A stretch of DNA of 64,000 nt. Origin: Nematocida ausubeli. Taxonomy: Eukaryota. Below, piece by piece: positions 1 to 10,685 of the stretch. The notes under the pieces were generated by a model that was not told the DNA's origin, ran no database searches, and was given only the letters and a program-made list of their open reading frames with translations. How positions within the stretch are numbered: position 1 is the stretch's first letter; every line of letters starts with the position of its first letter. The stretch covers positions 186,001 to 250,000 of the forward strand of contig NW_026515634.1 of assembly GCF_000738915.1 (NCBI RefSeq), given 5' to 3'. The position numbers were made by a program, and so were the translations under genes.

Positions 1-4
1 CTTT

Positions 5-652
5 ATGAGAAGGCTTTCTCCATACAGCAGCAAGCTGGACAGGCCACTGCCAATGGGAGCGCACAAAAGAATTGATTCCGAGGAGAAGTTTTCACCATTC
101 CATTCTGTTTTTGTTATAAGGAAGCAGAAGAGCCTTGGCGAGCCTATTCACTCTCTTTCAGAGAGACTAGAGCACGGAAGAGCTGAAAGAATGGAGTCAG
201 CAGAGTCCTTTATCAAAGACTTCTTGGTTTCGCACATGCAGCATCTGAACAGCTTTGAAAGGCCCAACCAGTTCAACACGGAGAAGATATATAACGATAT
301 CTACAATAAGAAGAACTATCCAGGGCACAGACACAGCAAGAGACCTGCTCTGCCCAGCAAAGAAATACTTGGAGACGAGATTGATGCCATTATTGCGAAT
401 GCAGCAAAAGAAATCACCCCAAATCTAGAAGAAAATGAGAACGAGAATGCATCATTCAAAAAGAGCATTAGAAGAACAAGAAGGGACGTTGGAAAGAATC
501 TCAAGAATGCACGCAGCACCATTGAAAAGAAAGTTAAGATTAATTGGCTTACCATTCTTATTTTCGTTATAATTGGAGTGATTTCTGGATTTGCAGGGTA
601 CTCACTTCGAGGAAGAACATCAACTGAGCACTATGTTCCATTAGAAAAATAG
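5..652 (+). CDS. Hypothetical protein with C-terminal transmembrane helix
   Basis: 215-aa ORF; basic stretch then hydrophobic WLTILIFVIIGVISGFAGY near the C-terminus; true start may lie before the window. Confidence 0.7.
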   Translation: MRRLSPYSSKLDRPLPMGAHKRIDSEEKFSPFHSVFVIRKQKSLGEPIHSLSERLEHGRAERMESAESFIKDFLVSHMQHLNSFERPNQFNTEKIYNDIYNKKNYPGHRHSKRPALPSKEILGDEIDAIIANAAKEITPNLEENENENASFKKSIRRTRRDVGKNLKNARSTIEKKVKINWLTILIFVIIGVISGFAGYSLRGRTSTEHYVPLEK

Positions 653-1384
653 TCTGTATACATGATATAACCATAATTGAGTTAATTAGCAAGCATGCTG
701 AGGAGGATGCAGGTATATATATATACTTGGTAGAAGCGCATAGGGGCGCAGTGCCATATTCACAGGGGTGAAGAAGGCAGCAAGCATACAGATAAATAAA
801 TCTATAGTGAACATATTTAATATTTAAGCTTATGCGCCGTATTCCTAGGAATAGCATAGAATGGAATAAGACAGTATTCTTCAGTCTAGATGACAATACT
901 GAGAGGGTATCTAAGAAGCACTCCAGCTTTGATCCAAGATAAACAAAATTAAGCAGGCTTCCATCAAGCTGCAGTTTACCGAATACATACAAACTATCTG
1001 TACATGCATGCTTAATACATGCTTTTGTAAAATAGTACAAGAAAAGACTAACTTTCATATCTGCTGAATGCAGAAGAAAAGCAACAGATGCTCTGCGCCT
1101 GATTTACTCCAATAAATGCCTATTTAGACAGAATATAAATAGCTCCTGCTGTTTCATCCACTACGCACATACATAAACACGGCTGAAGATTCGCAGAGGG
1201 CATAGAAAATGCATTATATATTTTCTACAATAGTGAATGTGCTGTTTTATATATGCGCACAAGTTTGCATATATAGCGCATGTTTCCAGCCCGCTCTTTT
1301 CACTAGAGCGATTTGTGCAGTACCTTACTTTGAAACTTTTCAAGGTAAAAATTAAATGATTGTTGATGTAAATAAAGAAATAGA

Positions 1385-2068
1385 ATGGTAGTGCAGGAGA
1401 AATTACAGAGCGTACAAGTTATTTCAGGGGAGGTACAGAGAAAGGTGCGGGACTGGGAGATTCAGATTATTGCAAACAGTGCAGGAAAACACCTCCGCTC
1501 TCTCTGCGACACCTATTTTAGAATAGAAGAGTCTTCGCTTAAAGATGAGCTAAGAGAGAGGATTTTGCGAAGAGAGGCTTTTTCTGAGAATACAATTTAC
1601 ACAGCATACACAAAAGAAAAAGAGGAGGAAGTATCCAGTGTAAACAAGCAAGAGGAAGAAAGTCTGCCAGAAAAGAAGGAAGACAAGTTGGTTTCCCTTT
1701 CTGTAGAAGAGCTCGATAAAATTGAGCCTTTTTCCCACAAGGGATGCGAGATTGTAGAAGTGCATGAAAAAGACCCTGTTTCAAATGGCAGCAATGGAGA
1801 CATAGAGGCCAAAATGCAAATTGCAAGGGAGCTACGGAAGCAAATAATGGAGAAGAGCATATATATAATTGACATGGATGCGCTTGAAAAGCTACACTGG
1901 CAAGACATCATAAGCTATTTGCTTGATGTGGTAAAGACCACGGGATACATGCCAGCTGTTGCTAATCGCAAGCAACATCGAAATCTTGTTTGCTTCAACT
2001 GTGACAAAAAAGGGCATATTGTTAAGAACTGCCCGAACAAGGCAACAAAAAAGCAAAGGCCATCTTAA
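1385..2068 (+). CDS. CCHC zinc-knuckle protein, probably Gag-derived
   Basis: C-terminal CFNCDKKGHIVKNC (CX2CX4HX4C) followed by a basic tail; no pol or LTR nearby. Confidence 0.7.
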   Translation: MVVQEKLQSVQVISGEVQRKVRDWEIQIIANSAGKHLRSLCDTYFRIEESSLKDELRERILRREAFSENTIYTAYTKEKEEEVSSVNKQEEESLPEKKEDKLVSLSVEELDKIEPFSHKGCEIVEVHEKDPVSNGSNGDIEAKMQIARELRKQIMEKSIYIIDMDALEKLHWQDIISYLLDVVKTTGYMPAVANRKQHRNLVCFNCDKKGHIVKNCPNKATKKQRPS

Positions 2069-2469
2069 CAATATAACGCTATTTAGGGATATCAAATAAA
2101 GAAATACTTCTTTTTATAGCATATAGTTTCTAACCATGCATATTTAACTATTTATAGAAAAATGTGTTATTTTGTGCAGCCTCTAGCTTAAAACTAAAAA
2201 TACCAAAGTACTACACAGCATTAAGAGGGTTATAAAAGAGGTTAAGAATTAGAGCAGAATAGATCTTATGACCTTGTGTTTCAAGGCTTTAAAGAATTAA
2301 AGGGCGCCTCTATGAACGTAGGCCTTAGTATATTGGCAAAGACAAGAGATTTTCTGCTTTTACAGCACTAAATTCGAACTCTGCTCGAGTTGCGCAGTGC
2401 AGCACAGGCTATTTAGCACAGAGCCTCTATTCTAAGTATAAAATTTAAAAACTTTGGAATAGTCTGCAA

Positions 2470-3852
2470 ATGCATAAGCCATACTCTGAGTTTATAGAGA
2501 GGGATAGCAAAATGTCTCTGCAGCGAATGATATACATCGCACTCCAGAGCCTCACGGAAAAGGGCATACAGGAAGGGCTCTTCAGAGGAAGCAAAACTGA
2601 CCTAAGCATGCGCAGCATATACAACAAGCTCTTTCCTAGCACACACAACTCCTCAGACTTTATTGAGGCGCACAGGCTCAGGCTGTACGTGCAGGATGGC
2701 ATGGAGAAGGAGGCGCTTGAGCAGCTGCGAAAGATAAAATATTTTGATGATAAAACCATCTTCTTTCTTCTAAACCAGTCCTTTCTCTTTGCAACTGTAA
2801 ATAAAATGGCAAATGTGATCGAGGCATTTTTTCTCAAGGGGTTTCCGCGGAATGTAAATACCCGGATCTTTGGAAGCAGAAGCAACATCGCGTTCCCCAC
2901 ATACTTTCTTCTTGCGCTTGCTGTGCAGAATCTGGCAATTATTATGCTTTTCTTTAAGCGAACGATTGACTACCATGAGTCCTGGCACGGCCTGGGCCCT
3001 GTGCACCTGGCAGCGGTTAACTCCGACATCCGTGTGCTAGACATGGTGCTCACGTATGGAGGAAGCCCGATGGAGTTTACCACCACGCTGCAGTACTGCC
3101 TGCTGAACAATCTGTTCAAAAAGCAGGACATGCAGTACAACGTGGCAGGGCGCCCAATTTACCCAGTGGACCTCGCAGCCGTGTCAAACAACTGGGGATG
3201 CTTTCTTCTTCTGATGAACAAGTGCCCAAAGTGCGCAGTTCACTCGCAGCACCTTCTGCACATTCTGAACAGTCTGGAAATGATCATTAAGGCCATTAAT
3301 ATTGGCGCGCGCATAGACATACCTCTAGAAGACAGCTCAACAATCCTCCACACCAAGACATACCACAACAAGCCAGAGCTTGTGTCATTCTACATTGCGC
3401 TGAATCTACCTATAGATGCGCTGAACAGGGCGCATGTCTCTCCTCTGAGCCTTGCTCTGGAGCTTGAGTATAGAGAGGTTGCCTGGGTGCTCTTGATGAA
3501 CAAAGCTAAGATAAGTGAGAGCATGCGCATGCACCCAATTATACAAGATATTCAGGCCGGATGGAAGCCAGACAGCGCTCTCCTAGATAAGATTGAGTAC
3601 TATAAGCATGCAGCTTCCTACGTGGAAATTGTCGACCACAAGCCCAAAGGCAGGTTTTCTATCCGGAGAATACTTACTCGAGAAAAGAGCACGCTAGAGG
3701 AATCCTTGAAAAAACTAAACCAGAAGATTGAAAGAGTTGAGAAAAGCGCAGAAGAGACATTCAAGGCGCTGCCCAAAGAGGAGCTGTATGAGAAGTTTAC
3801 AGAGGTGGTTGCAAAGACAAGCACAAAGCTTCAAACTCCGTTCAAGTTCTAA
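2470..3852 (+). CDS. Ankyrin-repeat protein
   Basis: GLGPVHLAAVNSDIRVLDMVLTYGG, YPVDLAA, TILH...PELVSFYI and SPLSLALELEYREVAWVLL ankyrin-like repeats. Confidence 0.8.
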   Translation: MHKPYSEFIERDSKMSLQRMIYIALQSLTEKGIQEGLFRGSKTDLSMRSIYNKLFPSTHNSSDFIEAHRLRLYVQDGMEKEALEQLRKIKYFDDKTIFFLLNQSFLFATVNKMANVIEAFFLKGFPRNVNTRIFGSRSNIAFPTYFLLALAVQNLAIIMLFFKRTIDYHESWHGLGPVHLAAVNSDIRVLDMVLTYGGSPMEFTTTLQYCLLNNLFKKQDMQYNVAGRPIYPVDLAAVSNNWGCFLLLMNKCPKCAVHSQHLLHILNSLEMIIKAINIGARIDIPLEDSSTILHTKTYHNKPELVSFYIALNLPIDALNRAHVSPLSLALELEYREVAWVLLMNKAKISESMRMHPIIQDIQAGWKPDSALLDKIEYYKHAASYVEIVDHKPKGRFSIRRILTREKSTLEESLKKLNQKIERVEKSAEETFKALPKEELYEKFTEVVAKTSTKLQTPFKF

Positions 3853-4371
3853 AACAAGCAGGCTTAAGCATCACAGCACACTACATATAAAGATGGAAAG
3901 AGCCGGCAGCAGACATAAATACAGATATAGCATATATTTTCAATCTTATTGTTTCTATGTACACAGAAGCTTTCTTTCCTGCTGTATGTACACAGCATTT
4001 TATTTATTTAACTACTATGTTCAACTTACATATTCGATTATTCTTTTAAGTATTGATCCACATAGACACTTTATTGCGTGTATGTAACATGAGAGAATGT
4101 GTAAATATATGCTTCAATTGTTTTACAAATGCTCTTTGTGCTAGATTAAAGGTCTTCAATGCACGGAAGCAAAGAATGCAAAAAATATACATCATGAGAT
4201 GGGAAAGTCTGCACCTCCAGGCAGGGAAGCCTGTAGCTATATGCCCAAATTCTGTTCTGTTATATTATTTTTCTGTTGTATGCACTATTGTTTGGCACAC
4301 AGAGTCATCTGAAATAGAAATGTGTATATTTTGGCAAAATAGAAAAGAGTATGCAAATTTCACAAGTTTAT

Positions 4372-5079
4372 TCATTCCACAAGTGCTAGTGTCTTTCTGT
4401 CATCTGTGCAGTAGAATAGCTTTCCTGCCGATATTAAGTACTCCAGACCACTGTTTACATCAGCAGACGTATACACTTTGGAAGAGGCAAGAGAGCTTAC
4501 AACCATATTAATAAGCAAGCCGGTCTCGCCCTGGTTATGCGAGAAGAACGAAAGGATGTCTAGATGTATTTTCTTGAAGTTCCCCTGGTGCCGCATGTCC
4601 TCCTGTGTTGTTGCAGGAGAATTCTCTGTTAGAATGGACGGCGCATCCATGCTGTATGCTGGTGAGCGCACACTATCAACGATGCGCATCAGCAGATGGT
4701 ACACCACACTATTTCCGTCTGTAACTAGAGTGCATGCACTGCATGTTATATTCACGTTTTTGTCTCCCTTCTCATTTCGGCTCAGAGTTCCTATGACACG
4801 AACAAGCGCCCCCTTTTTTACGTACATGTAATTCTTATCTGCCCACTGGGTGCACCAAATACTGTCCGTTCCATCAGAAATGGTGAATCTTTTTCCACCG
4901 TTTTGCATAGGACTCTCTGTTGTAATCCAGCCCACCACCTCCACCAGGCTTATTTCCTGTCCTCTAAACTGAGTGGTTATCTTTATTGCATCGTTAAAAT
5001 CAACCTGCTTCACATGCTTGATAGGCATCCTTCTTATGGTCTGGACCCCCTTTCCGTCGCTTATTGACAATGAGCTCAT
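4372..5079 (-). CDS. RFA2: Replication protein A 32-kDa subunit (OB fold plus C-terminal winged helix)
   Basis: TIRRMPIK, VEVVGWI, FTISDGTDSI, LVRVIGTL and C-terminal LEYLISAGKLFYCTDD; start moved to ATG 5079 so it does not overlap the Utp21 ORF. Confidence 0.85.
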   Translation of the reverse strand: MSSLSISDGKGVQTIRRMPIKHVKQVDFNDAIKITTQFRGQEISLVEVVGWITTESPMQNGGKRFTISDGTDSIWCTQWADKNYMYVKKGALVRVIGTLSRNEKGDKNVNITCSACTLVTDGNSVVYHLLMRIVDSVRSPAYSMDAPSILTENSPATTQEDMRHQGNFKKIHLDILSFFSHNQGETGLLINMVVSSLASSKVYTSADVNSGLEYLISAGKLFYCTDDRKTLALVE

Positions 5080-5161
5080 CCTAAGAAAAAAGAGAATTTT
5101 TACACAAAAATACCTCTGCTCGAGTAATCTTAATACAACTGAAAATTTTTTAGACAGTTCA

Positions 5162-7483
5162 ATGTTCGAGTACAAGCAGCCTATTTCCTCCATTTTAGAC
5201 GGGTCTAGGTTTACCATTGCCCAAATAGGGAATGCCTACTGCGTGGTGGCTCCAGTGAATAACTTCTACAAAGTCTACGGGGCAGAGAGGCTCAATACAC
5301 TGGGAAGATGCAAAGAGGGAGAGCGCATTCAAGAGATCACCTCACTCGGAAGGTACATAGTAACAGCAGCAGGCACACGGATTAACATATATAACCAGGG
5401 AGTGCAGATCCAAGAAATAGAGATGGGCGAGACAATAAAGACGCTCTTCTCATGCAATAATGAGTATTTGATTGCCGTCCTCGATGGGTCTGTTGCAAAG
5501 ATAGAGCTTGATGAGATCGACGAGATTGAGAATAAGAAGATAGCACACACGGTAAAAAAGCTTAGAAACATTCCAGACCACCTGGAAAGCGTGCACCCGC
5601 TTGCCTTAAAGAACAAAATACTTGTTGTTGCAGGTGGCGCCATTAGCATATACTCAGTGGAAAAGGACCGGGCTGTATACAAATTGAAGTGCACGGAGGT
5701 GTCTGGGCCTGTTCTGGATGTCTCCTGCTCCATTTCTTCTGAGATTATAGCAGTGTGTACATCGAGCGAGGTTCTTGTTCTGCAGCTTAAGAAAGACATT
5801 CTTCTTCAGACATTCTCCTTTGGGGGAATCCAGTCAGTTGACTTCAGAAGAAGCAGCCAGTGCAAGGAGCTTGCAGTGCTAACCAAGAATGAAGTCATAG
5901 TGCTGTGCCTTGAGCAGGGTGTTGTCAGAGCAAGACACGCTCTTCCAGAAGGAGCACAGAAGACAGCAGCTGATGTGGGGCATCTGCATACGGCTAGATA
6001 CATAGGAAGCGACGGGTACTTAGTTATATCCCAGTACAACGAGCTCCAGATTCTTGACTGCCACAAAGAGAAAATTCTTTCAGTGAAAAGGCGGGCAGGA
6101 GTGGTCTTTGGAAAAAGCCAGTGTTCGGAGTTTCTTAATAACACCTTAGTTATTTCGACAAACAATCGGGTGTACACGCTATCCCTTCGCAAAGACGAGC
6201 AGCTAAAGGAGATTTCTAAGGTTTGCGCAGACGGGGAGCCAGTGTCCCTCTCTGTTGTACGAGACAGCATTATTGCATGCTACACAAAGGGCGTGTATGC
6301 TCTAAAGGAAACAGTTGGGGGAGTCGCGCAGGTAAAGAGAAATCTTGGGTACTCAACCCCAAGGGAGTACATTGAGTGCGCTATGTCCTTCTGCGGAAAC
6401 AGTATGGCGCTCGCAATAAAAACTGGAAAGGAGTCTGTTAAGATTCTTATTACGTCAAAAGAGTCAGGCTTTATTTTCGGAGAAATAGAAGAAACTCCAT
6501 ACCTAGCAATCTCGCTGAACAATCTTAAGAAGACCCTCACAGTCCTCCATAGGACTGAAGTAGTTGTCTACACGTACAATGGAGAAGTTGTGTCCAGGCA
6601 TCCAATTCAGGAGCCTCTTGCAGAGAAAGACGAGAAAGACGAGAAAGACGCGGATAAAGAACACGTAGTTGCAAAGATATTTGAGTCCAGCACGTACAAG
6701 TACTTTATTATTGCTACATGGTCCCGCATTCTTGTCATCAACCAAAGTGGGGAGACAATTAAGTCTGTCGCAAAGAAAGCAGGGGCGCCAATTTCTGCAA
6801 GAGTGAGCGCAGATCTGAGCTGGCTTCTTCTATTGTCCTCTGCAGAGAAGGGTGCTGTGCTGGAGGTGGTGGACATACAGGCAGCATGCACGCTTTCTAC
6901 AACCTTCTTTGCACACACCCCGCGAGACTTCCTTCTTACACACGACAAGAGCCGGCTGGTTGTCACAACAGACACGCAGGTCCTTCTGTACGTCAACACG
7001 TACAGCATACAGGCAGCCCCAGCAGAGCAGAGCGCGGTTTCCTCCCAGGGGATATCCTTCAGCTCAGCCCATAAGTCTCGCATTCGCCTACTGATGATGT
7101 ACGACACAATAGGGGACAAGGTTGAAGAAGAGGCTCCTATGGCTCCGTACACAGTGCAGAAGGAGAACACACCTCCCAAGCTCAGCAGCATGCAGGGTGC
7201 CAAGGAAAGCATAGAAGCACTTCTTGATGGAAACTATCCAATCTCTTCTATAGTTGCCTACATAAAGGAAATAGAAGATCCCTCGTCTCTTGTAATAGAT
7301 TTAATTTCACATCTTGAAGCTAAGTATGATATTGCAGATGCTTTGATCAATAGAGTGCTTCACTACCGAAGAAAGGACCTAGACATGGAGCGACTCTCTG
7401 CTCCACTAAAGACCAGGGAGGCCATTGCAGAGAGGCTTATTGTGAAGTACCTCTCAACGCTGTCTCTGATTCAGTCAATTTAA
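5162..7483 (+). CDS. UTP21: U3 snoRNP WD40 protein, Utp21/WDR36-like
   Basis: N-terminus (FTIAQIGNAYCVVAPVNNFYKVYGAERLNTL) resembles the Utp21 N-terminus; beta-propeller-like body and helical C-terminus; first ATG at 5162. Confidence 0.65.
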   Translation: MFEYKQPISSILDGSRFTIAQIGNAYCVVAPVNNFYKVYGAERLNTLGRCKEGERIQEITSLGRYIVTAAGTRINIYNQGVQIQEIEMGETIKTLFSCNNEYLIAVLDGSVAKIELDEIDEIENKKIAHTVKKLRNIPDHLESVHPLALKNKILVVAGGAISIYSVEKDRAVYKLKCTEVSGPVLDVSCSISSEIIAVCTSSEVLVLQLKKDILLQTFSFGGIQSVDFRRSSQCKELAVLTKNEVIVLCLEQGVVRARHALPEGAQKTAADVGHLHTARYIGSDGYLVISQYNELQILDCHKEKILSVKRRAGVVFGKSQCSEFLNNTLVISTNNRVYTLSLRKDEQLKEISKVCADGEPVSLSVVRDSIIACYTKGVYALKETVGGVAQVKRNLGYSTPREYIECAMSFCGNSMALAIKTGKESVKILITSKESGFIFGEIEETPYLAISLNNLKKTLTVLHRTEVVVYTYNGEVVSRHPIQEPLAEKDEKDEKDADKEHVVAKIFESSTYKYFIIATWSRILVINQSGETIKSVAKKAGAPISARVSADLSWLLLLSSAEKGAVLEVVDIQAACTLSTTFFAHTPRDFLLTHDKSRLVVTTDTQVLLYVNTYSIQAAPAEQSAVSSQGISFSSAHKSRIRLLMMYDTIGDKVEEEAPMAPYTVQKENTPPKLSSMQGAKESIEALLDGNYPISSIVAYIKEIEDPSSLVIDLISHLEAKYDIADALINRVLHYRRKDLDMERLSAPLKTREAIAERLIVKYLSTLSLIQSI

Positions 7484-7907
7484 TTTTAATAAAGACAATA
7501 CACTTAGACTTCTCTAGAAATTGCTACCTGAAATTCATAGCACTGCACCTGCATACCAAGCGCATGCTATGTCCACTCTTGCACAAACAGAAGTCTGTCT
7601 TCAGAAGAGGCTTCCTGCTGGATATCTAAACCCCAACTCTTTTCGTATAGAGAAGCACTGTTCGAAAGAACTTCAAGAGAAACTCTGTGTATATGCAGAG
7701 AGGAAGAATGCTTGGAATGGGTTCTCATTACAACTGGATTAAAGTAGGGGAACCTGTACAGCATAAAAACCCAGAAATACAAAAGTAAAAGAAAGAAGCT
7801 TGGGTGACTATAGTTTATTAATGCATACTGGAGCAATGTAATGCTCTGCTATGAGAGCATTCACTTGGGATGCAAACTATAGAATAAATAGGATGCGCTT
7901 TGCAAAT

Positions 7908-9251
7908 CTATTCTGGGATCTGTACTCCGTTAACGAAGCTAAGATCGTTCTCAGTTGTATAGATAAATGACTCGTACTTGTCGTTCGTAAAAATAATAAT
8001 AGCGTCTCCTGTAATTTTCTTGAAAACCCTGCGGCACTTGTTTATGGCAAGAATGCACTTCTCTGTCTCGGTGTATTTCAGCTGCTCGCCTACTAGCAGT
8101 GTTTTCATGACAGAAACAACCTTGTTGTTTTGCATAAGAATTCCTGCTGTCCACTTTCGAATGCATCCGCAGTAGACAATAAATACTTCCTCAGGATCTG
8201 GCCTTCTAAAGATTCGCTCTCTCTTCTTGTGGCTGTACTTCTCCACGATTCTATTAAGCGTTCCAGGAAGGTCATTCTTTATAATGAGCCCTTCAGGGAT
8301 CTTCCTAAGCATAGGCAGCTTTAACACTGGGCGCTCGCTTATGGAAGGCATTGGAGGCCGAGAAGAGGTCCTTGCATTGCGCGAGCAGTCAATAAGCTCA
8401 ACTTCCCTTGGGCTTTCCCGCACGCTCATGGTCTGCACGCCCTCATCTGCAGAGAAGCTTATGACTGGGCTATCCCCTGCGAAAATGACCCCTGTAAACT
8501 TATTTGTAAGGTTGTACTGCCTAGCCAACTTCTGCTTGTATAAAACTACTAATCGAATGATTTCGTCAATGGGAGTTGTTTGGTCAATCCTCTCATTTAG
8601 ATGCCTCTTGATATAATCTGAGAGCCCCTGCCAGAAATACATTTGATGCATTTCCTCCATTTCAGAAGGCGACAGCATAACCCGCACTGAGTATGACCTA
8701 AGCAGCAGACCAAGCTCTGCATTGTACTCCTCTAGAGAAACAAACTCGCCAGACTGGATCGTCTCAATTCTCTTCTTTAGCCGCGCAACCCTGGCTGGAG
8801 TGTACACTACATCGTATATCTTTCGCACAGAGTCCCTGAGAGTCTGCTCCATTGGGTTCCCCACTACTGTCTCAAGGATGTCCTTTGCAATAGAATACTT
8901 AAAAAAGACCTTGGCTTCCTTCTCAGACCACCGCTGTGCAACGATCTGGCTCCTAAAGAACTCGACCCAGAGGAAGGTATTGCGCGTGTCCAGCACATCA
9001 AGAACAGGCAGAGTAATCTTGCTGATTGTCAGGTGCCTCTTCAGAACATACACAGGTGTCTTCGGCCGTATTTTTTTTTCGAGTTCGACTCCAGAAAGGA
9101 GGGTTCTCTCGCGGATAGGGACTCCATAGCCATCCACACTGGTTGCTATCTTCTCATTCTTAATGCAACAGATGATATTTGGCCTGTCCTTTCTTATTTC
9201 TGCCTTTATTCTGCGTTTTCTATTTTCCTTAGTTTCAAGGTTTTTATTCAT
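7908..9251 (-). CDS. Retrotransposon-derived Gag capsid fused to a degenerate RNase H (no protease or RT)
   Basis: Capsid-like WVEFF...RWSE...IQSGEFVSLEEY...FWQGLSDYIK; Ty3-type RNase H-like PDPEEVFIVYCGCI..AGILMQ..KYTETEKCILAI..IIIFTND; first ATG at 9251. Confidence 0.7.
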   Translation of the reverse strand: MNKNLETKENRKRRIKAEIRKDRPNIICCIKNEKIATSVDGYGVPIRERTLLSGVELEKKIRPKTPVYVLKRHLTISKITLPVLDVLDTRNTFLWVEFFRSQIVAQRWSEKEAKVFFKYSIAKDILETVVGNPMEQTLRDSVRKIYDVVYTPARVARLKKRIETIQSGEFVSLEEYNAELGLLLRSYSVRVMLSPSEMEEMHQMYFWQGLSDYIKRHLNERIDQTTPIDEIIRLVVLYKQKLARQYNLTNKFTGVIFAGDSPVISFSADEGVQTMSVRESPREVELIDCSRNARTSSRPPMPSISERPVLKLPMLRKIPEGLIIKNDLPGTLNRIVEKYSHKKRERIFRRPDPEEVFIVYCGCIRKWTAGILMQNNKVVSVMKTLLVGEQLKYTETEKCILAINKCRRVFKKITGDAIIIFTNDKYESFIYTTENDLSFVNGVQIPE

Positions 9252-9333
9252 GCTTAATTTCACAGATTTATTCTTCTTTTATATAAAAGTACATTCCCTT
9301 TTTAGAAACTGCCTTAACAGGAAATCTTTCCCG

Positions 9334-9377
9334 GGAAAATATCCTTTTAAAGAAAAATCCCAATAAGGATATTTTCC
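9334..9377. promoter_or_regulatory. Perfect 13-bp inverted repeat
   Basis: GGAAAATATCCTT (9334-9346) and AAGGATATTTTCC (9365-9377) with an 18-nt spacer; function unknown. Confidence 0.45.
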
Positions 9378-9407
9378 TTTTTGGATCATATGCAGGGGCT
9401 GGTGGTT

Positions 9408-10187
9408 TTAGGGTTTTATATTGAGCCTTTTTAGAAGAAAAGCAGCTCCCTTACAGGTACCTGCACGTGTACGAACGCATTCCCTTAGGTGGCATAGGTC
9501 TTTCTGCGAGGAACCCTGACTTCCCCTTATAAATGAATAAATAAAACCATCCAGGACAAGCACTCTATCCTCCATAATATCCTTTACTCCAAAAAGAGAA
9601 GCGTATTTTTTGCATTCCCAGTCCACCGCACTTACTAAATCGTCTGGAGCAAGCCCTTTGCTGGCCTTTTGTATCTTCTGTATTCGCTGAGAGAAGTACC
9701 GAATCCGAATCCCGCTTGCCTTTTTTGGCGGGAGTTTCTCGAAAAGCGCGGTAAATATTTGGGCGGGCTCTTTTGGCGGGTCTTCTGTTGCCGCCTTTTC
9801 CACGTGCATGTACATCTGATGTACCAAAAGATCCTCGGCCTCTTCCTGGATTACCCTGATGGCCCCAGACACTCTCGGGGCAAGAGGCAGCAGAGCTTCT
9901 ACCTGTGCAAAAAAAGAGCTGAAAAGAAGGAACAGGTGGCTCTTCTCATGCGGCTCCTTTTCAATCTCCTGTATAAGAAAGGAGTACTCCTGCTCAGCGC
10001 GCCTGGCCTGTGCCTGGCTCTCCAGGCCTACACAGCTTAGAATGCTTTGGAAGTGTGCAAACCCACTGAGGTAGTACGCACTCCTTTGTGTCTTTGTAAG
10101 AGCCTTTCTCTTCCCAAGAAGAAGTCTCTGTATGCTTGCAAACATGTTCATACTGAAACAACTAGTGCCCTTTATATTTTCGACCAT
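9408..10187 (-). CDS. Hypothetical helical protein
   Basis: 259-aa ORF with plausible composition filling the gap between genes; start uncertain. Confidence 0.6.
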   Translation of the reverse strand: MVENIKGTSCFSMNMFASIQRLLLGKRKALTKTQRSAYYLSGFAHFQSILSCVGLESQAQARRAEQEYSFLIQEIEKEPHEKSHLFLLFSSFFAQVEALLPLAPRVSGAIRVIQEEAEDLLVHQMYMHVEKAATEDPPKEPAQIFTALFEKLPPKKASGIRIRYFSQRIQKIQKASKGLAPDDLVSAVDWECKKYASLFGVKDIMEDRVLVLDGFIYSFIRGSQGSSQKDLCHLRECVRTRAGTCKGAAFLLKRLNIKP

Positions 10188-10412
10188 TGGCTGAAAAACA
10201 CTCTTTACCGACAGGGGGTACTGTACCTGAAGAGGAGGGCATTTTTGAAGATGTTCTCTTTGAGTAGTTTGCTTTTAAAAGAAAACATATCCCGAACAAA
10301 CAATAGCAGTAGGAGGAGTGATACTTGCAGTCAGCGCATATTCTGTGTCTATGCACACACTCATAGAGTAGCATGCCCTGATCGAATACCGGGTGATCTT
10401 GCTTAAGTGTAA

Positions 10413-10484
10413 GCCTCTTTGGTTTAGTGGTATAACGTCAGTCTTGTAAACTGAAGGTCGGCGGTTCGATTCTGTCAAGAGGCT
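10413..10484 (+). tRNA. tRNA-Thr(UGU)
   Basis: GCCTCTT/AAGAGGC acceptor stem, TCAGT-CTTGTAA-ACTGA anticodon arm, GGTTCGATT T-loop, downstream T-run. Confidence 0.95.
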
Positions 10485-10685
10485 TGTTTTTTGCTTTTCA
10501 ATAGCTGCACAGTGCAGTGCTAATGAAATATGGCTGCGCTGTATGCTCTCACACACTGCTTGAAGGCTGCTTCTTTGTTATATAAGACTCTCTTGCTTGC
10601 TATGCTCCAGGGAGCATCTGAGCGTACACTAAAACAATAAACTCATCTGTACATACTAAAAAATCCCGAGCTATTTTTATTAAAA

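Noticed and set aside
567..1058. 163-aa minus-strand ORF
   Set aside because: Overlaps the first gene's 3' end, atypical composition, no motif
4973..5217. Apparent head-to-head overlap of the RPA2 and Utp21 ORFs
   Set aside because: Artefact of non-ATG upstream extension; ATG starts at 5079 and 5162 do not overlap
6623..6650. GAGAAAGAC x3 (EKD) microrepeat in Utp21
   Set aside because: Ordinary slippage in a loop
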